From sequence record KT919973.1: a stretch of 64,000 bases of DNA, one strand, 5' to 3'. The translations under genes and the position numbers were made by a program. Of the stretch, positions 38,907-48,404 are shown in pieces (the stretch's first letter is position 1; each line of letters opens with the position of its first letter). The notes under the pieces are model-generated. The model searched no databases, was not told the origin of the DNA, and was given only the letters and a program-made list of their open reading frames with translations.

Positions 38907-39418
38907 TGATTGTATCTGAGATTCGTGGCGATTTAGTCGCCACTCTCGCTCACGCGATTGAAAACCCTAATCATCAACGTACGTTTATCATGGGGCAAGG
39001 TTGTAACTGTTTTATCAGACAAGGTGCAGGTATTGCAGGTCAATTACGACGTTTCCCCGAAGTTTACCAAGCTGATATCGACTTCGGTCGTAGCGGTGAC
39101 CCACTGAAGCTAGGTGAATACTCGGTTGCGTTGTTTGATGACCACGGAACTGTCCCTCAAGCTGTTGTGTTTAACATGTACACACAGTTCAGCATGGGTA
39201 CGAAAGAGAGACACGCTGAATACTCTGCAATTGCTGAATCTGTGCGTGGTATCGTTCGCTATCTTGAAGGCAATGACGATAAAATCTACTTACCTCTTAT
39301 TGGTGCGGGTCTAGCGGGTGGTGATTGGGAAATTATTCGTGATATCATCGACCGTGCAAGCGGTAGTAAAGAAATCGTTATTGTTCATTTTGAAGAAGAT
39401 AAATTAATCGACTGGTGA
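38906..39418 (+). CDS. macrodomain ADP-ribosylhydrolase (T4 Tk.4-like)
   Basis: EIRGDL, GCNC..QGAGIA, NMYTQ, LPLIGAGLAGGDW. Confidence 0.88.
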   Translation: MIVSEIRGDLVATLAHAIENPNHQRTFIMGQGCNCFIRQGAGIAGQLRRFPEVYQADIDFGRSGDPLKLGEYSVALFDDHGTVPQAVVFNMYTQFSMGTKERHAEYSAIAESVRGIVRYLEGNDDKIYLPLIGAGLAGGDWEIIRDIIDRASGSKEIVIVHFEEDKLIDW

Positions 39419-39588
39419 TGTATGTTCCCTTCCGAACTTGCGTTTAATGCATTGATTTTATTGCTTATTCTGTCATTGATTGCATTATTTGTATATTTTA
39501 TTACGAAAATGATTGACAAGAGTGAGGCTAAACGTGTTAAACTACGTCATAAGATCATAAGGCAACGAGCTAGAAAGAGATTACCTAA

Positions 39589-39819
39589 ATGAGTTTTGAA
39601 ACAAATAAAAAACTTGCTGAAGCTTTCGACTCGTGGCGCATTGTCCCTCGAATTTTAGTTGCAATGTATTGCTACTTGCTTTATACTACAGCAATATGGT
39701 TCATGGCACTGCCTGACCCTTCAGCAACACAATCTGCATTTGTATCGACTATTGTCGGTGCAGGTGCAGCGATATTCGGTTTATACACAAATTCTGGAAA
39801 AGGAAAAACAAATGGCTAA
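39589..39819 (+). CDS. two-TM membrane protein
   Basis: FDSWRIVPR..two hydrophobic helices. Confidence 0.65.
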   Translation: MSFETNKKLAEAFDSWRIVPRILVAMYCYLLYTTAIWFMALPDPSATQSAFVSTIVGAGAAIFGLYTNSGKGKTNG

Positions 39820-40003
39820 ATTACTTTACGCACACGAAGTTGAACATGAAATGCAACGACGCGACGTGTGGTTGAAAGCATGGTGTCATACTGCGAACGC
39901 AAATGACTGTAAAGAAACATCAACTGCAACAAACTATGCTGATGCATGTCTAGCTGCGTTTGACCGTCGATTTGAAAATATTAAGGTGGTATCAGATGCT
40001 TGA
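39812..40003 (+). CDS. hypothetical protein
   Basis: AGGA RBS, 63 aa. Confidence 0.55.
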   Translation: MAKLLYAHEVEHEMQRRDVWLKAWCHTANANDCKETSTATNYADACLAAFDRRFENIKVVSDA

Positions 40004-40394
40004 TTTAGATGTAGTACTACTCAACCCAAATATCATCAAGTCAACTGAAATCGCTGGTCATAACTTCGGTGTTCAGGTCATTGAAATTGTAAGTGATAAT
40101 ATTTCTGGCGACGACGTTGATAACTTTATTGATTTCATCGTTGAAGCTGAAACACAAGAACGTGAGCACCCGTATGTTGGTCACTTCTACGGCGACTTAC
40201 TAGTATTGAACGTAGCTGAAGAACGTCACCACTTCGAAGCGCGTATGTCTGAAGAAGACATTGCGAATCTAACAATCGAGCTTGATGATGCATTCATTCA
40301 ACACACATACGAGTTTATTGAATGGTACAAGCGAAAAGCGCGAGAGTTCTTCGATGATGATGAATTAGAATTCGAAATTGACAATCAAATCTAG
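39996..40394 (+). CDS. hypothetical acidic protein
   Basis: AAGGT RBS. Confidence 0.65.
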   Translation: MLDLDVVLLNPNIIKSTEIAGHNFGVQVIEIVSDNISGDDVDNFIDFIVEAETQEREHPYVGHFYGDLLVLNVAEERHHFEARMSEEDIANLTIELDDAFIQHTYEFIEWYKRKAREFFDDDELEFEIDNQI

Positions 40395-40467
40395 TTAAAT
40401 CCCGTCGGTTAAGACGGGATTTTTTGTTTTGTCTAAATAGAAGAAACAACATTAAAAGGTTAATTAA

Positions 40468-41919
40468 ATGAAACAATTTAACGAATTTTATCAAGAAGTT
40501 CGCCTTGATGAGATTTCTGATCGTGCGAATATCGACATTGATTGGGATTGGGGTCATGAGAACGGGACGGGCGAGACTTCAGCGAGATTCGACGCTGCTG
40601 GTGAGCGATTTGAAGTTGGTGTTGAAGAAAGCAACCCTGGTTATTTCACTATTACATTCCAAAACTCAGGTGGTTATGCTCAGACAGGTAAAGCAGGACA
40701 CTCTGCGGCTGCGGTATTCTCTGGTGTATTGACGACTCTACGTGAATTCACCGAGACGTATGAAGAAGAAATGGGCATGAAGCCGTATGAATATGACTTC
40801 AGCGCAGCTTATGAACTACCAAAGAATCACGAGTACTACGCACTTGTTAACAATCGACGCGAAGCGACTCGTTTAGATGAAGAAAGCAAGAAGAAGCTAT
40901 TGAAAGACTTGATTTCTCGTCCGATGCTTTACTACGCTCTATCGTTGACGTTTGGTAAAGAATACGGCTATTCGACTGACATTAGCGACCGTTGGCTTGC
41001 ACGTCTAGCAGGCGGTGCAAACGATTTCCGCTCTGTTCGTAAGAACGTGACGCGCAGTATTCTTTCAATGAGCGACAGCGACGTTAACCAAGCGTTGATG
41101 AGCATGAGTGGTTCTGTCTCTTTCACACTTACTAACGAGAACGAGCGTGCTAGTAGCTACGATACAGCATTCGGTGGCGGACCGTCTCTTGAAGATTTTG
41201 TTGATGAAGCAGATCAATATCAAATCGAAGCATGGATCAATGAAGGTCGTGAAGATGAAATCATTGAACACGCAGATTGGCAAACTCTAGTTCGTATTGC
41301 TAGTTGGGGTCTGATGCACGAAGAGCTGATTTTCCACGATGACGAAGACGTTCGTGCAGCGGTAGTTGAGTCAGATTACGAAATGGGCGATAAACTTGCT
41401 TCATCTGGCGATTGGCAACACCGTAAACAAGCTGCGGACATGGGTTTTGGTATTTGGGATCTTGTTCTTGACTCAGATGAAGATGTACGGGACACAGCGT
41501 GGGATTGGTCATTCTCAAACGACGATGCAGACACACGTATCACATATGCGAAACGCTACGAAAGTGAATTCGGTCGCGATATGGCAGAAGATATCTGGGA
41601 TAGAATGATCGATGATACAGATGATTACGAAGAACGCCAATACGTAGCCGAACAAGGTTATCGAGTTGAGGAACTTCTAGCAGACCATGATGAAGACGTG
41701 CGCGAATCTGCAATTGGTGCGGTATTTAACGTACTGGGGTTAGATGGTCGCGAAGCTGCTGAGTTCTTGATGAATAACTCAGATCCATATCAAGAAGAGG
41801 TGTTTGAATACGCTATAAATGGTAACTTCGGTCCGTCATTTGATGAAGCACTTATTGAGCTTGCTGAAGAAAACGGCGTTGATGTATCTGAGTACAAAGA
41901 CGACGAAGACGAAGAATAA
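40468..41919 (+). CDS. putative internal head protein with HEAT-like repeats
   Basis: MKQFNEFYQE start, CTAAATA upstream, three D(D/S/H)DEDVR repeats. Confidence 0.7.
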   Translation: MKQFNEFYQEVRLDEISDRANIDIDWDWGHENGTGETSARFDAAGERFEVGVEESNPGYFTITFQNSGGYAQTGKAGHSAAAVFSGVLTTLREFTETYEEEMGMKPYEYDFSAAYELPKNHEYYALVNNRREATRLDEESKKKLLKDLISRPMLYYALSLTFGKEYGYSTDISDRWLARLAGGANDFRSVRKNVTRSILSMSDSDVNQALMSMSGSVSFTLTNENERASSYDTAFGGGPSLEDFVDEADQYQIEAWINEGREDEIIEHADWQTLVRIASWGLMHEELIFHDDEDVRAAVVESDYEMGDKLASSGDWQHRKQAADMGFGIWDLVLDSDEDVRDTAWDWSFSNDDADTRITYAKRYESEFGRDMAEDIWDRMIDDTDDYEERQYVAEQGYRVEELLADHDEDVRESAIGAVFNVLGLDGREAAEFLMNNSDPYQEEVFEYAINGNFGPSFDEALIELAEENGVDVSEYKDDEDEE

Positions 41920-41928
41920 TATTAAAAA

Positions 41929-41962
41929 AGGGTTGACAGATGTCAGCCCTTTTTTGTATTAT
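41929..41962 (+). promoter_or_regulatory. terminator hairpin / early promoter
   Basis: GGGTTGACA-GA-TGTCAGCCC-TTTTT; TTGACA-N18-TATTAT. Confidence 0.8.
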
Positions 41963-41992
41963 AGCTTTATCGAAAACGAAAAAGAGAATAAT

Positions 41993-42265
41993 ATGAACAT
42001 TAATGACTTAACAGAAATATTCATCAACATTCACGACGAGCATTATGACGTTGATGAGACATTAGATCGAATCGAAGCATCTATTGATCGAGACGACGTA
42101 CACGGTGTGTTTATGCCCTTTACACAAGGCGTGAGCATCTTTTTCGAGAAGTTTGACGACGAAACGCTTGAATTGGAAAAGTATCAAGAATTCGTCATCG
42201 AGAAACTACATAGTGAGTTTGGTGACGAGATTGGTGAAATTGAATTTGAAATTAGAGAGAATTAA
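41993..42265 (+). CDS. hypothetical acidic early protein
   Basis: GAGA RBS after promoter. Confidence 0.65.
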   Translation: MNINDLTEIFINIHDEHYDVDETLDRIEASIDRDDVHGVFMPFTQGVSIFFEKFDDETLELEKYQEFVIEKLHSEFGDEIGEIEFEIREN

Positions 42266-42266
42266 G

Positions 42267-42890
42267 ATGTTATTAGCTGACTACATTAAACACGTGATGC
42301 AAGAATATCACACGATTTTCCCGACTCGATTTTCAGTACTAGATCATCTTTTCGCTACGAACGGTAATGGGATTACTCTCAAAGATGGTTATATCATGGA
42401 TTTCGAGACTCGGCAAGTCAAAGAGCCTACACGTTTATCGCGTGAAGAGATTATTCAACATGTGAAAGACTCTTCAGATTATAGACTTGGGTGGTGTGCT
42501 CGTGTGATTAAAGAAATCGGTGATGAGTACCCCGAAGCAACAGAAAAGTTGAAGAAGCGTTTAGAATCTCATATGGCAGAAGACGAGCGAACAATCGAAC
42601 GTCTGTGCAACATTGACGAAGCATACAAAATTCAACCCGATTTAACACGACTTGAGGTGTATGCATGGGGTGGCTCGCGTCGTTATATCCCGATGTATGA
42701 TTTCGAGAAATCGAAATACGATGACACAATCGAGCAGCTTGAGTACTTCAGAGATTGCATTGTCAATGCGACACCTTATGAACTCACTGAAGATTCTTCT
42801 GACACAGAAAAATTCTACGCTCGTGGGGTTCTGTCGTGGAAAGAAAACGTCGGCGAAATCGACAAAATCATTAAAAAACTTCGCAAATGA
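42267..42890 (+). CDS. hypothetical protein
   Basis: 207 aa, GAGAG RBS. Confidence 0.7.
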   Translation: MLLADYIKHVMQEYHTIFPTRFSVLDHLFATNGNGITLKDGYIMDFETRQVKEPTRLSREEIIQHVKDSSDYRLGWCARVIKEIGDEYPEATEKLKKRLESHMAEDERTIERLCNIDEAYKIQPDLTRLEVYAWGGSRRYIPMYDFEKSKYDDTIEQLEYFRDCIVNATPYELTEDSSDTEKFYARGVLSWKENVGEIDKIIKKLRK

Positions 42891-42934
42891 TGTTTATCTT
42901 TTCTGTGTTTTTCTTATAATAGAGTAAGCATGTT

Positions 42935-43312
42935 ATGTTACACAAATATTCGACCAATCGTTTTATGAACATGGTTAATTACATGAGTTCTCAATTCGTG
43001 CAAGGTACGATATTCTTGGGATTCATGCCGATTACAGCGCCCAGCGATTCTTGGGGAATGTACGTACCTGAGAGTGACCATCGCTGGTGCGCTGTCCATT
43101 TATTCGACTCTGAGCAACAAGCGACACGCTCAGATGAAGAAGAACGCGAACAGAAGCGAATCAATAAAGGTTATGAGTGGTTAATTGTGCTTTACGGTAC
43201 AGACAATTCATCATACATGAAACGCTTTAAGCGTCGTGAAGACGCAATCGCATGGTTCTTCAATGAAGAATCAGTTAAAACACTAGATGGGCTATTCTTT
43301 TACAATAGCTAA
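42935..43312 (+). CDS. hypothetical protein
   Basis: 125 aa ORF. Confidence 0.65.
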   Translation: MLHKYSTNRFMNMVNYMSSQFVQGTIFLGFMPITAPSDSWGMYVPESDHRWCAVHLFDSEQQATRSDEEEREQKRINKGYEWLIVLYGTDNSSYMKRFKRREDAIAWFFNEESVKTLDGLFFYNS

Positions 43313-43324
43313 TAGAGAGAATAC

Positions 43325-43945
43325 ATGAACGTTGAACAAACATTGCGAGAGTTGAATCAAATTAACAACAAGGTTTACACTCGCATCGTAAATGAAGCAA
43401 TGAAGCCGAATATTCTTTCAATTTACGAACATGTGAAATTGAAAATCGGGTACAATAAAGAAATCTGGTATGGTGATGCTGATGTATACGTATCAATCGA
43501 GCCAGCGTATGTGAAATACAAAGAAGAACACGACGTTCTGATCATCAAAAACGTAGTATCGTGCTTTGAACGTGGCGTAGTTGTTGCTATCGTCAACAAA
43601 AAGACTGGGGACATCCCACTCTGTAAGTGTGTTGAGTCACACGGTGTGAAGCGCGAAGGTTGGGACTTCGGGGATCATCGCGATTGGGAAGTTGAAGGTC
43701 TTGATACGCTTCGCGACCACAATTGGAAATTCGGTTATGAAGATCTTCGAGATGACTCGTTAGTATTCAAGCGAGAATCTTACTGGGAAGACGTTCGACC
43801 TGACAAACCATACAACGACTGGCATCGTGCATCACATGGCTGTGGATTTCTTGTGGATAACTTGCTATACGCTGAACGAGAAATCAGATGGACATATCAC
43901 ATGGTCGTCGAAGATGAAGCATATACAATTTGCGATGAAGAATAA
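43325..43945 (+). CDS. hypothetical protein
   Basis: 206 aa, GAGAG RBS. Confidence 0.7.
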   Translation: MNVEQTLRELNQINNKVYTRIVNEAMKPNILSIYEHVKLKIGYNKEIWYGDADVYVSIEPAYVKYKEEHDVLIIKNVVSCFERGVVVAIVNKKTGDIPLCKCVESHGVKREGWDFGDHRDWEVEGLDTLRDHNWKFGYEDLRDDSLVFKRESYWEDVRPDKPYNDWHRASHGCGFLVDNLLYAEREIRWTYHMVVEDEAYTICDEE

Positions 43946-43970
43946 AAAAAGGGGCGAAAGCCCCTTTTTA
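43945..43970. terminator. bidirectional terminator
   Basis: AAAAAAGGGGC-GAAA-GCCCCTTTTT between convergent genes. Confidence 0.85.
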
Positions 43971-45023
43971 TGGTCGGTAGATCATATGATTAGAACCCAT
44001 TCGTTCCCATGACCCTAGATTCATACGATTACGCATTTCAGCGAATAATGCTGAGTTTGCTCGTATATCATCAAGTGGTAGCGCAACTACACCTTCAGTT
44101 TTATGTGCCAGTAATTCAAGTTTATCTAGCAAATCGCTAGAATTCCGACCGTCGTATTTAAACTGACTGAACCAATAACCAATCTTACTAAACTTCTTAT
44201 CTCTGGTGTATCTCACATCAAACCCTTTCAATGCATACATCAAGCTGCTTTCTTTACCTTTAAACGGTTGTCTCGACTCACTGTGTTCAGCCCCTGCACG
44301 CGAAATCAATCGTTTCTTAGACTCTTCTGGTATATTGTCCCACCCATCAAAGTTGTGTTTAAATCGATTAATCCATGCTTGAGCAGTGGCTGGTGAATTT
44401 TTAAAATCTGCTTTAGTATCTGCAATCGCTTGTGCATAACGAGCGTTTATCTCGTGCGAATAGTTCTGATATTCGTCGTGTGTCGCTTTGTGACCTGCTT
44501 TAGCATGTCGAATGAACTCTTTATCGATATAAGCTCTATTACGCCCTGAGTGTTGATATACACCCTCTTCGTCGCGTGTCTCGAAGTCTTCTATATCACC
44601 AGAACGCCAGTTATCATAAGCATGTTGAAGTTCATGTAATGTAGTGCTGTACATCTGTTCTTTCTCGACTCTAAACTTAGCCATAATCTGACTCACCGCA
44701 GTGACACCGGTTATATCAACGGTGATTTGCAAGTTCCCTGCTTCACCTGCTTCTGGGTCGTGTAAAGCACCGCGCCAAACACCCATTTCGGTTGGGTTTT
44801 GGTTATCAAGTTTAAGATAAGCAACGATACCACGCGCAAGAAGCGCATCGAACTCAGTTTCACCAGTTTTGATGTTCAGATTCTTGGTATTGAGCGCGAG
44901 TTTGTTTGGGTCGAATGGTCGGCTACTTAGAGCTGCTTCTAATTGTGTCTCAAGCTTATCGACAATAAACTTAGATGCGTACTCTAATGCACGCTGCGAT
45001 TGAACGTTTTCAAAAATAATCAT
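43968..45023 (-). CDS. putative virion zincin metallopeptidase
   Basis: LHELQHAYD HExxH plus YSHEINAR third-ligand motif; CTAAATA upstream on the minus strand. Confidence 0.7.
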   Translation of the reverse strand: MIIFENVQSQRALEYASKFIVDKLETQLEAALSSRPFDPNKLALNTKNLNIKTGETEFDALLARGIVAYLKLDNQNPTEMGVWRGALHDPEAGEAGNLQITVDITGVTAVSQIMAKFRVEKEQMYSTTLHELQHAYDNWRSGDIEDFETRDEEGVYQHSGRNRAYIDKEFIRHAKAGHKATHDEYQNYSHEINARYAQAIADTKADFKNSPATAQAWINRFKHNFDGWDNIPEESKKRLISRAGAEHSESRQPFKGKESSLMYALKGFDVRYTRDKKFSKIGYWFSQFKYDGRNSSDLLDKLELLAHKTEGVVALPLDDIRANSALFAEMRNRMNLGSWERMGSNHMIYRP

Positions 45024-45100
45024 CTTTTTTCTCGAATTCGGTTGACTGTATTACTTATTTAGGTTAATATCTATCGCATCGAAACGAAAGAGAGAACACT

Positions 45101-45796
45101 ATGACTAATGCAGCTCGCAAATATGTGTACGACATCTTCCATGATGAGCTTCAAAAGCCGTCTGTGAATCTAGACGCCTTTAAAATTAAAGGTTCAAATG
45201 GTAAACCACTTCTCGGTTATCTGACTGACACACATCTACGCAAACTACGATTTGTTATGTTCGTGAGTAAGCGACATGCATCCGAGTACGGACGTTCTTG
45301 TTGGTCTCATGATGTTCGTGATGATTGTGACAAAATCGAAGGTACTTGGTCGAGCGTAGCGAAAGAAATTATAAAGCGCAAAGCTGAATACGCAAATTAC
45401 GTGACTAAGACGTATCTTGATTACGACTATGGTGTTGAAGAGCCGACCCTTGCGATCATCGACAAGATGCTGAATAAACCGAAGCGTTTTCACGTTGCAA
45501 AGTACGTCAACAATGAAATGTGTGTTAGTGAGAATAATGATTCAATTGTGCTAATTGATCGTGATACTGATGTGAAATTCGTTGTGAAGTATCAAGATTT
45601 TCGCTATACTGGCGAATTGATGCGTCTCGCAACGCCTGCAAACGTGTTTACCAATAACGAAGAGAAAGCACTTTGCAGTGCAATTTCAAATCTCGTGAGT
45701 TCTCGAATCAACGATATTCTTGCTAAGAAGCGAGCGAAAGAAGAGAAACGTCGCCAAGCAAAACGCCAACAACTAATTGAAGCATACGGAGCTTAA
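45101..45796 (+). CDS. hypothetical early protein
   Basis: TTGACT..TAATAT promoter, ATCGAAACGA leader, GAGAG RBS. Confidence 0.75.
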   Translation: MTNAARKYVYDIFHDELQKPSVNLDAFKIKGSNGKPLLGYLTDTHLRKLRFVMFVSKRHASEYGRSCWSHDVRDDCDKIEGTWSSVAKEIIKRKAEYANYVTKTYLDYDYGVEEPTLAIIDKMLNKPKRFHVAKYVNNEMCVSENNDSIVLIDRDTDVKFVVKYQDFRYTGELMRLATPANVFTNNEEKALCSAISNLVSSRINDILAKKRAKEEKRRQAKRQQLIEAYGA

Positions 45797-45798
45797 TC

Positions 45799-46191
45799 AT
45801 GGCATATCAAGTAATCAACGGCAAATTGCGTAAAGTAAAGAAAAACAAGCCACGCGACTATGATAAAGAGTGGTCAAAGATGCACGAAACTGCCAAGAAG
45901 CAAGCAGAAATCATGGATCGCATTCATGAACGTGAGCGCATTGAACGTCTAGGTTCTCGTGAGCGTCATGAAGCAATGATTGACCTTGCTAAACGCAATG
46001 ATCGTAAAGGTAAGAAAGGCGGCGACTGTAACGTAACTCAGTGTCAAAAGCCCGGTGCAAGCTCTTACAACACTGCAATGAGAGCGTATTACTGCGAGTC
46101 TTGTGCTAAAGAAATTTGGTTAGTAGGTCAACGTCAAGGTCGTGACTTTATTCGACCAACACCAGATTACACATACAAGTACGAGGGTTAA
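45799..46191 (+). CDS. hypothetical protein with putative zinc finger
   Basis: CNVTQC..YYCESC. Confidence 0.7.
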   Translation: MAYQVINGKLRKVKKNKPRDYDKEWSKMHETAKKQAEIMDRIHERERIERLGSRERHEAMIDLAKRNDRKGKKGGDCNVTQCQKPGASSYNTAMRAYYCESCAKEIWLVGQRQGRDFIRPTPDYTYKYEG

Positions 46192-46195
46192 TCTC

Positions 46196-46435
46196 ATGGG
46201 CGAATTTTTATTTCTTATGTTCATTATCACGTTTGTAATTTCAAACATTATCGCAATTTTCACGGGTCTGCATATAATATTCGAACGAACATACAATATA
46301 CCCATGATTATGATCATGTTATATGGGTTTATCGGTACACTACTAGTGTCAATTGTTATGTTTATTCTGTTTATCATATGTAAAATCGAGCAAACGAAAT
46401 TCTGGCAAAACATTTCTAAAATGAGAGAAATTTAA
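46196..46435 (+). CDS. small membrane protein
   Basis: two TM segments. Confidence 0.6.
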   Translation: MGEFLFLMFIITFVISNIIAIFTGLHIIFERTYNIPMIMIMLYGFIGTLLVSIVMFILFIICKIEQTKFWQNISKMREI

Positions 46436-46770
46436 TGCAACAAATTGTATTATATGTTGATTATCAAAACCCACGCACTGCAATCGTAGCTGATACTACG
46501 TTGAGAGACGAAGATTATGATCTATCGGGTATGGGGTTGTCTAAAGCATGGCAATCGAACTACATTGCACTTGAAAAGCAAGGCAAATGGCGTCTAGTGA
46601 AATGTCGTTATGTAATTGGGTTCGAATCAATAGAATTCAACACGATTGACGGTATAGTTGCGTTCATCAATGCGATTAACATCGACAACAATCAACCAAC
46701 GATTAAATCAGTCGTGTTTGAAAAAGTCGCGCCTGTGTATGAAAACATCAAAGTAAGAGGTTTATCATGA
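46435..46770 (+). CDS. hypothetical protein
   Basis: coupled TAATG start. Confidence 0.65.
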   Translation: MQQIVLYVDYQNPRTAIVADTTLRDEDYDLSGMGLSKAWQSNYIALEKQGKWRLVKCRYVIGFESIEFNTIDGIVAFINAINIDNNQPTIKSVVFEKVAPVYENIKVRGLS

Positions 46771-47048
46771 GTTTTGAAACAAAGATTGTCTGTTACGGTG
46801 CACTTGTAACTGAAGTTGAGCATGGTTGGGGCACTCGACCAGATGGTTACATCATCGCGAAAAGCGAAGCTGAAGTGCTGAAAAAAGGTGCTGAAATGCG
46901 AGAAATTGCAGCAAAAGCGAAGTACGGCTATGAATATATCGGTGATGTATTTACATTCGAACCAACTCAAAAAGCTATCGAAGAGTTGACCAACCGCGAG
47001 TTCATTTGGACTGGTCGTGACTTCTCTGAATGGGGTAAACGAATTTAA
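46767..47048 (+). CDS. hypothetical protein
   Basis: EHGWGTRPDG motif, ATGA overlap. Confidence 0.65.
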   Translation: MSFETKIVCYGALVTEVEHGWGTRPDGYIIAKSEAEVLKKGAEMREIAAKAKYGYEYIGDVFTFEPTQKAIEELTNREFIWTGRDFSEWGKRI

Positions 47049-47054
47049 AAAGAT

Positions 47055-47102
47055 TGTGAAACTAGTTTAATATCAACGACATGATGCTATACTAGTTTCA
47101 CA
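47055..47102. repeat. 12-bp inverted repeat overlapping an extended -10 promoter
   Basis: TGTGAAACTAGT-N24-ACTAGTTTCACA; TGCTATACT overlaps the right arm. Confidence 0.7.
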
Positions 47103-47177
47103 TTGCAGCGATGTACTGCAATTCACGTCTGGTTAGGTTGTACAGATAAAAATAAAACTTAAAAATATAGGTATAAA

Positions 47178-47306
47178 ATGAAAAAACTTTGGCTTTCATT
47201 AGCATTGTTATGTTCTACTGCGTCAACGACAGCGGCTACATTCACGGGACTACCGGCTGAAGGTGTCAAAACACCGAGTCCTTTAATTAAAGAGTCGCCA
47301 CTCTAA
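47178..47306 (+). CDS. 42 aa putative secreted peptide (absent from the ORF track)
   Basis: MKKLWLSLALLCSTASTTA-ATFTGLPAEGVKTPSPLIKESPL; AGGT RBS; signal-peptide-like. Confidence 0.55.
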   Translation: MKKLWLSLALLCSTASTTAATFTGLPAEGVKTPSPLIKESPL

Positions 47307-47318
47307 AACGAGGTTATT

Positions 47319-47498
47319 ATGAGAAAGCATGAAATACGAGATATGGTTGAACGTCAAGGGTTCATTCTGAACGAAGAAATTGACGAACACAATCAATCAC
47401 TCTGGCAGATAAAAGACAACGGTCAAGTTGTTTACGAATCGTATAATGAATATTGCCTTGAGGCATTTCTCAAAGGTGTTAGATATTCAGAACAGTAA
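47319..47498 (+). CDS. 59 aa hypothetical protein (absent from the ORF track)
   Basis: GAGGT RBS, MRKHEIRDMVERQGF... Confidence 0.6.
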   Translation: MRKHEIRDMVERQGFILNEEIDEHNQSLWQIKDNGQVVYESYNEYCLEAFLKGVRYSEQ

Positions 47499-47527
47499 GC
47501 GCCTTTATGGCGCTTTTTGAGGTTATT

Positions 47528-47833
47528 ATGAGACGACAAATCAATAGAATGAAAAACGATAATGGTGATTTCGAGCGTTATATGCGCACGCAAGCAGCTA
47601 GATACGCTCGAAGAGAGATCATCAACAATATAGCCGATGACAATGACATCTTCTTAGTCGGTTCTTACACGATGTACAAAGATTGTGATGAAAAGGTTGT
47701 TCTTCAGCTTGTACGATACGCAGGTTACGAGCGTGCTGAAGTTAAAGCAGTGCCGATTGTCGGTAGTCTTGTTGATTGTGTTAATGTCATTCACGGTGTT
47801 GGGTTTAGAGTGGTGCTAAATAATGATAGTTAA
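47528..47833 (+). CDS. hypothetical protein
   Basis: GAGGT RBS then ATG at 47528. Confidence 0.65.
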   Translation: MRRQINRMKNDNGDFERYMRTQAARYARREIINNIADDNDIFLVGSYTMYKDCDEKVVLQLVRYAGYERAEVKAVPIVGSLVDCVNVIHGVGFRVVLNNDS

Positions 47834-48107
47834 CATTGCTCATCATTCTTTTGATGTGTACATTGGTCGCGGCACCCCGTTTGGGAACCCATTTAAATCA
47901 GGGATTGACGGTACTCGAAGCGAAGTTATTGAGCTTTATCGCGAGTGGTTACGCATTCAATTACAAGACGACGAATTTAAAAAGCAGTTTATGCAACTAA
48001 AAGGAAAGATTCTCGCCTGTCATTGTAAGCCTAAAGCGTGTCATGGTGATGTAATATTAGAAGAACTTGATAGATTGAGCAGCCCATTAAACAATTTTAT
48101 AGGTTAA
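47823..48107 (+). CDS. DUF4326-family protein
   Basis: DVYIGRGTPFGNPF..LKGKILACHCKPKACHGDV. Confidence 0.8.
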   Translation: MIVNIAHHSFDVYIGRGTPFGNPFKSGIDGTRSEVIELYREWLRIQLQDDEFKKQFMQLKGKILACHCKPKACHGDVILEELDRLSSPLNNFIG

Positions 48108-48110
48108 TCT

Positions 48111-48404
48111 ATGAGAGAAGCAATTGCATTATTGAAAAACACGAAGATGAGTTATACGGACATTAGCGCATTCGGCGACCCCGTAGTATATGTTCATGCA
48201 GGCCATGAAACGATTTTAAAGGTAGAATACACTGAAGATTGCTACTCATTTTTCGATTACAGAAGCAAGTATCTCTATACTGAACAGTCAATCGACGACT
48301 TAGAAATACATTTAAAATCAATAGATGTCGGTCTTGATGATGATCTACCATTGAATGGTAATATCGACAAAGACACGATACCAGACGGGGAATTTTTAGA
48401 GTGA
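48111..48404 (+). CDS. hypothetical protein
   Basis: AGGT RBS, 97 aa. Confidence 0.65.
   Translation: MREAIALLKNTKMSYTDISAFGDPVVYVHAGHETILKVEYTEDCYSFFDYRSKYLYTEQSIDDLEIHLKSIDVGLDDDLPLNGNIDKDTIPDGEFLE

Noticed and set aside
47055-47102. CRP site (TGTGA...TCACA)
   Set aside because: The half-sites are 38 nt apart rather than 6; kept only as a generic inverted repeat.
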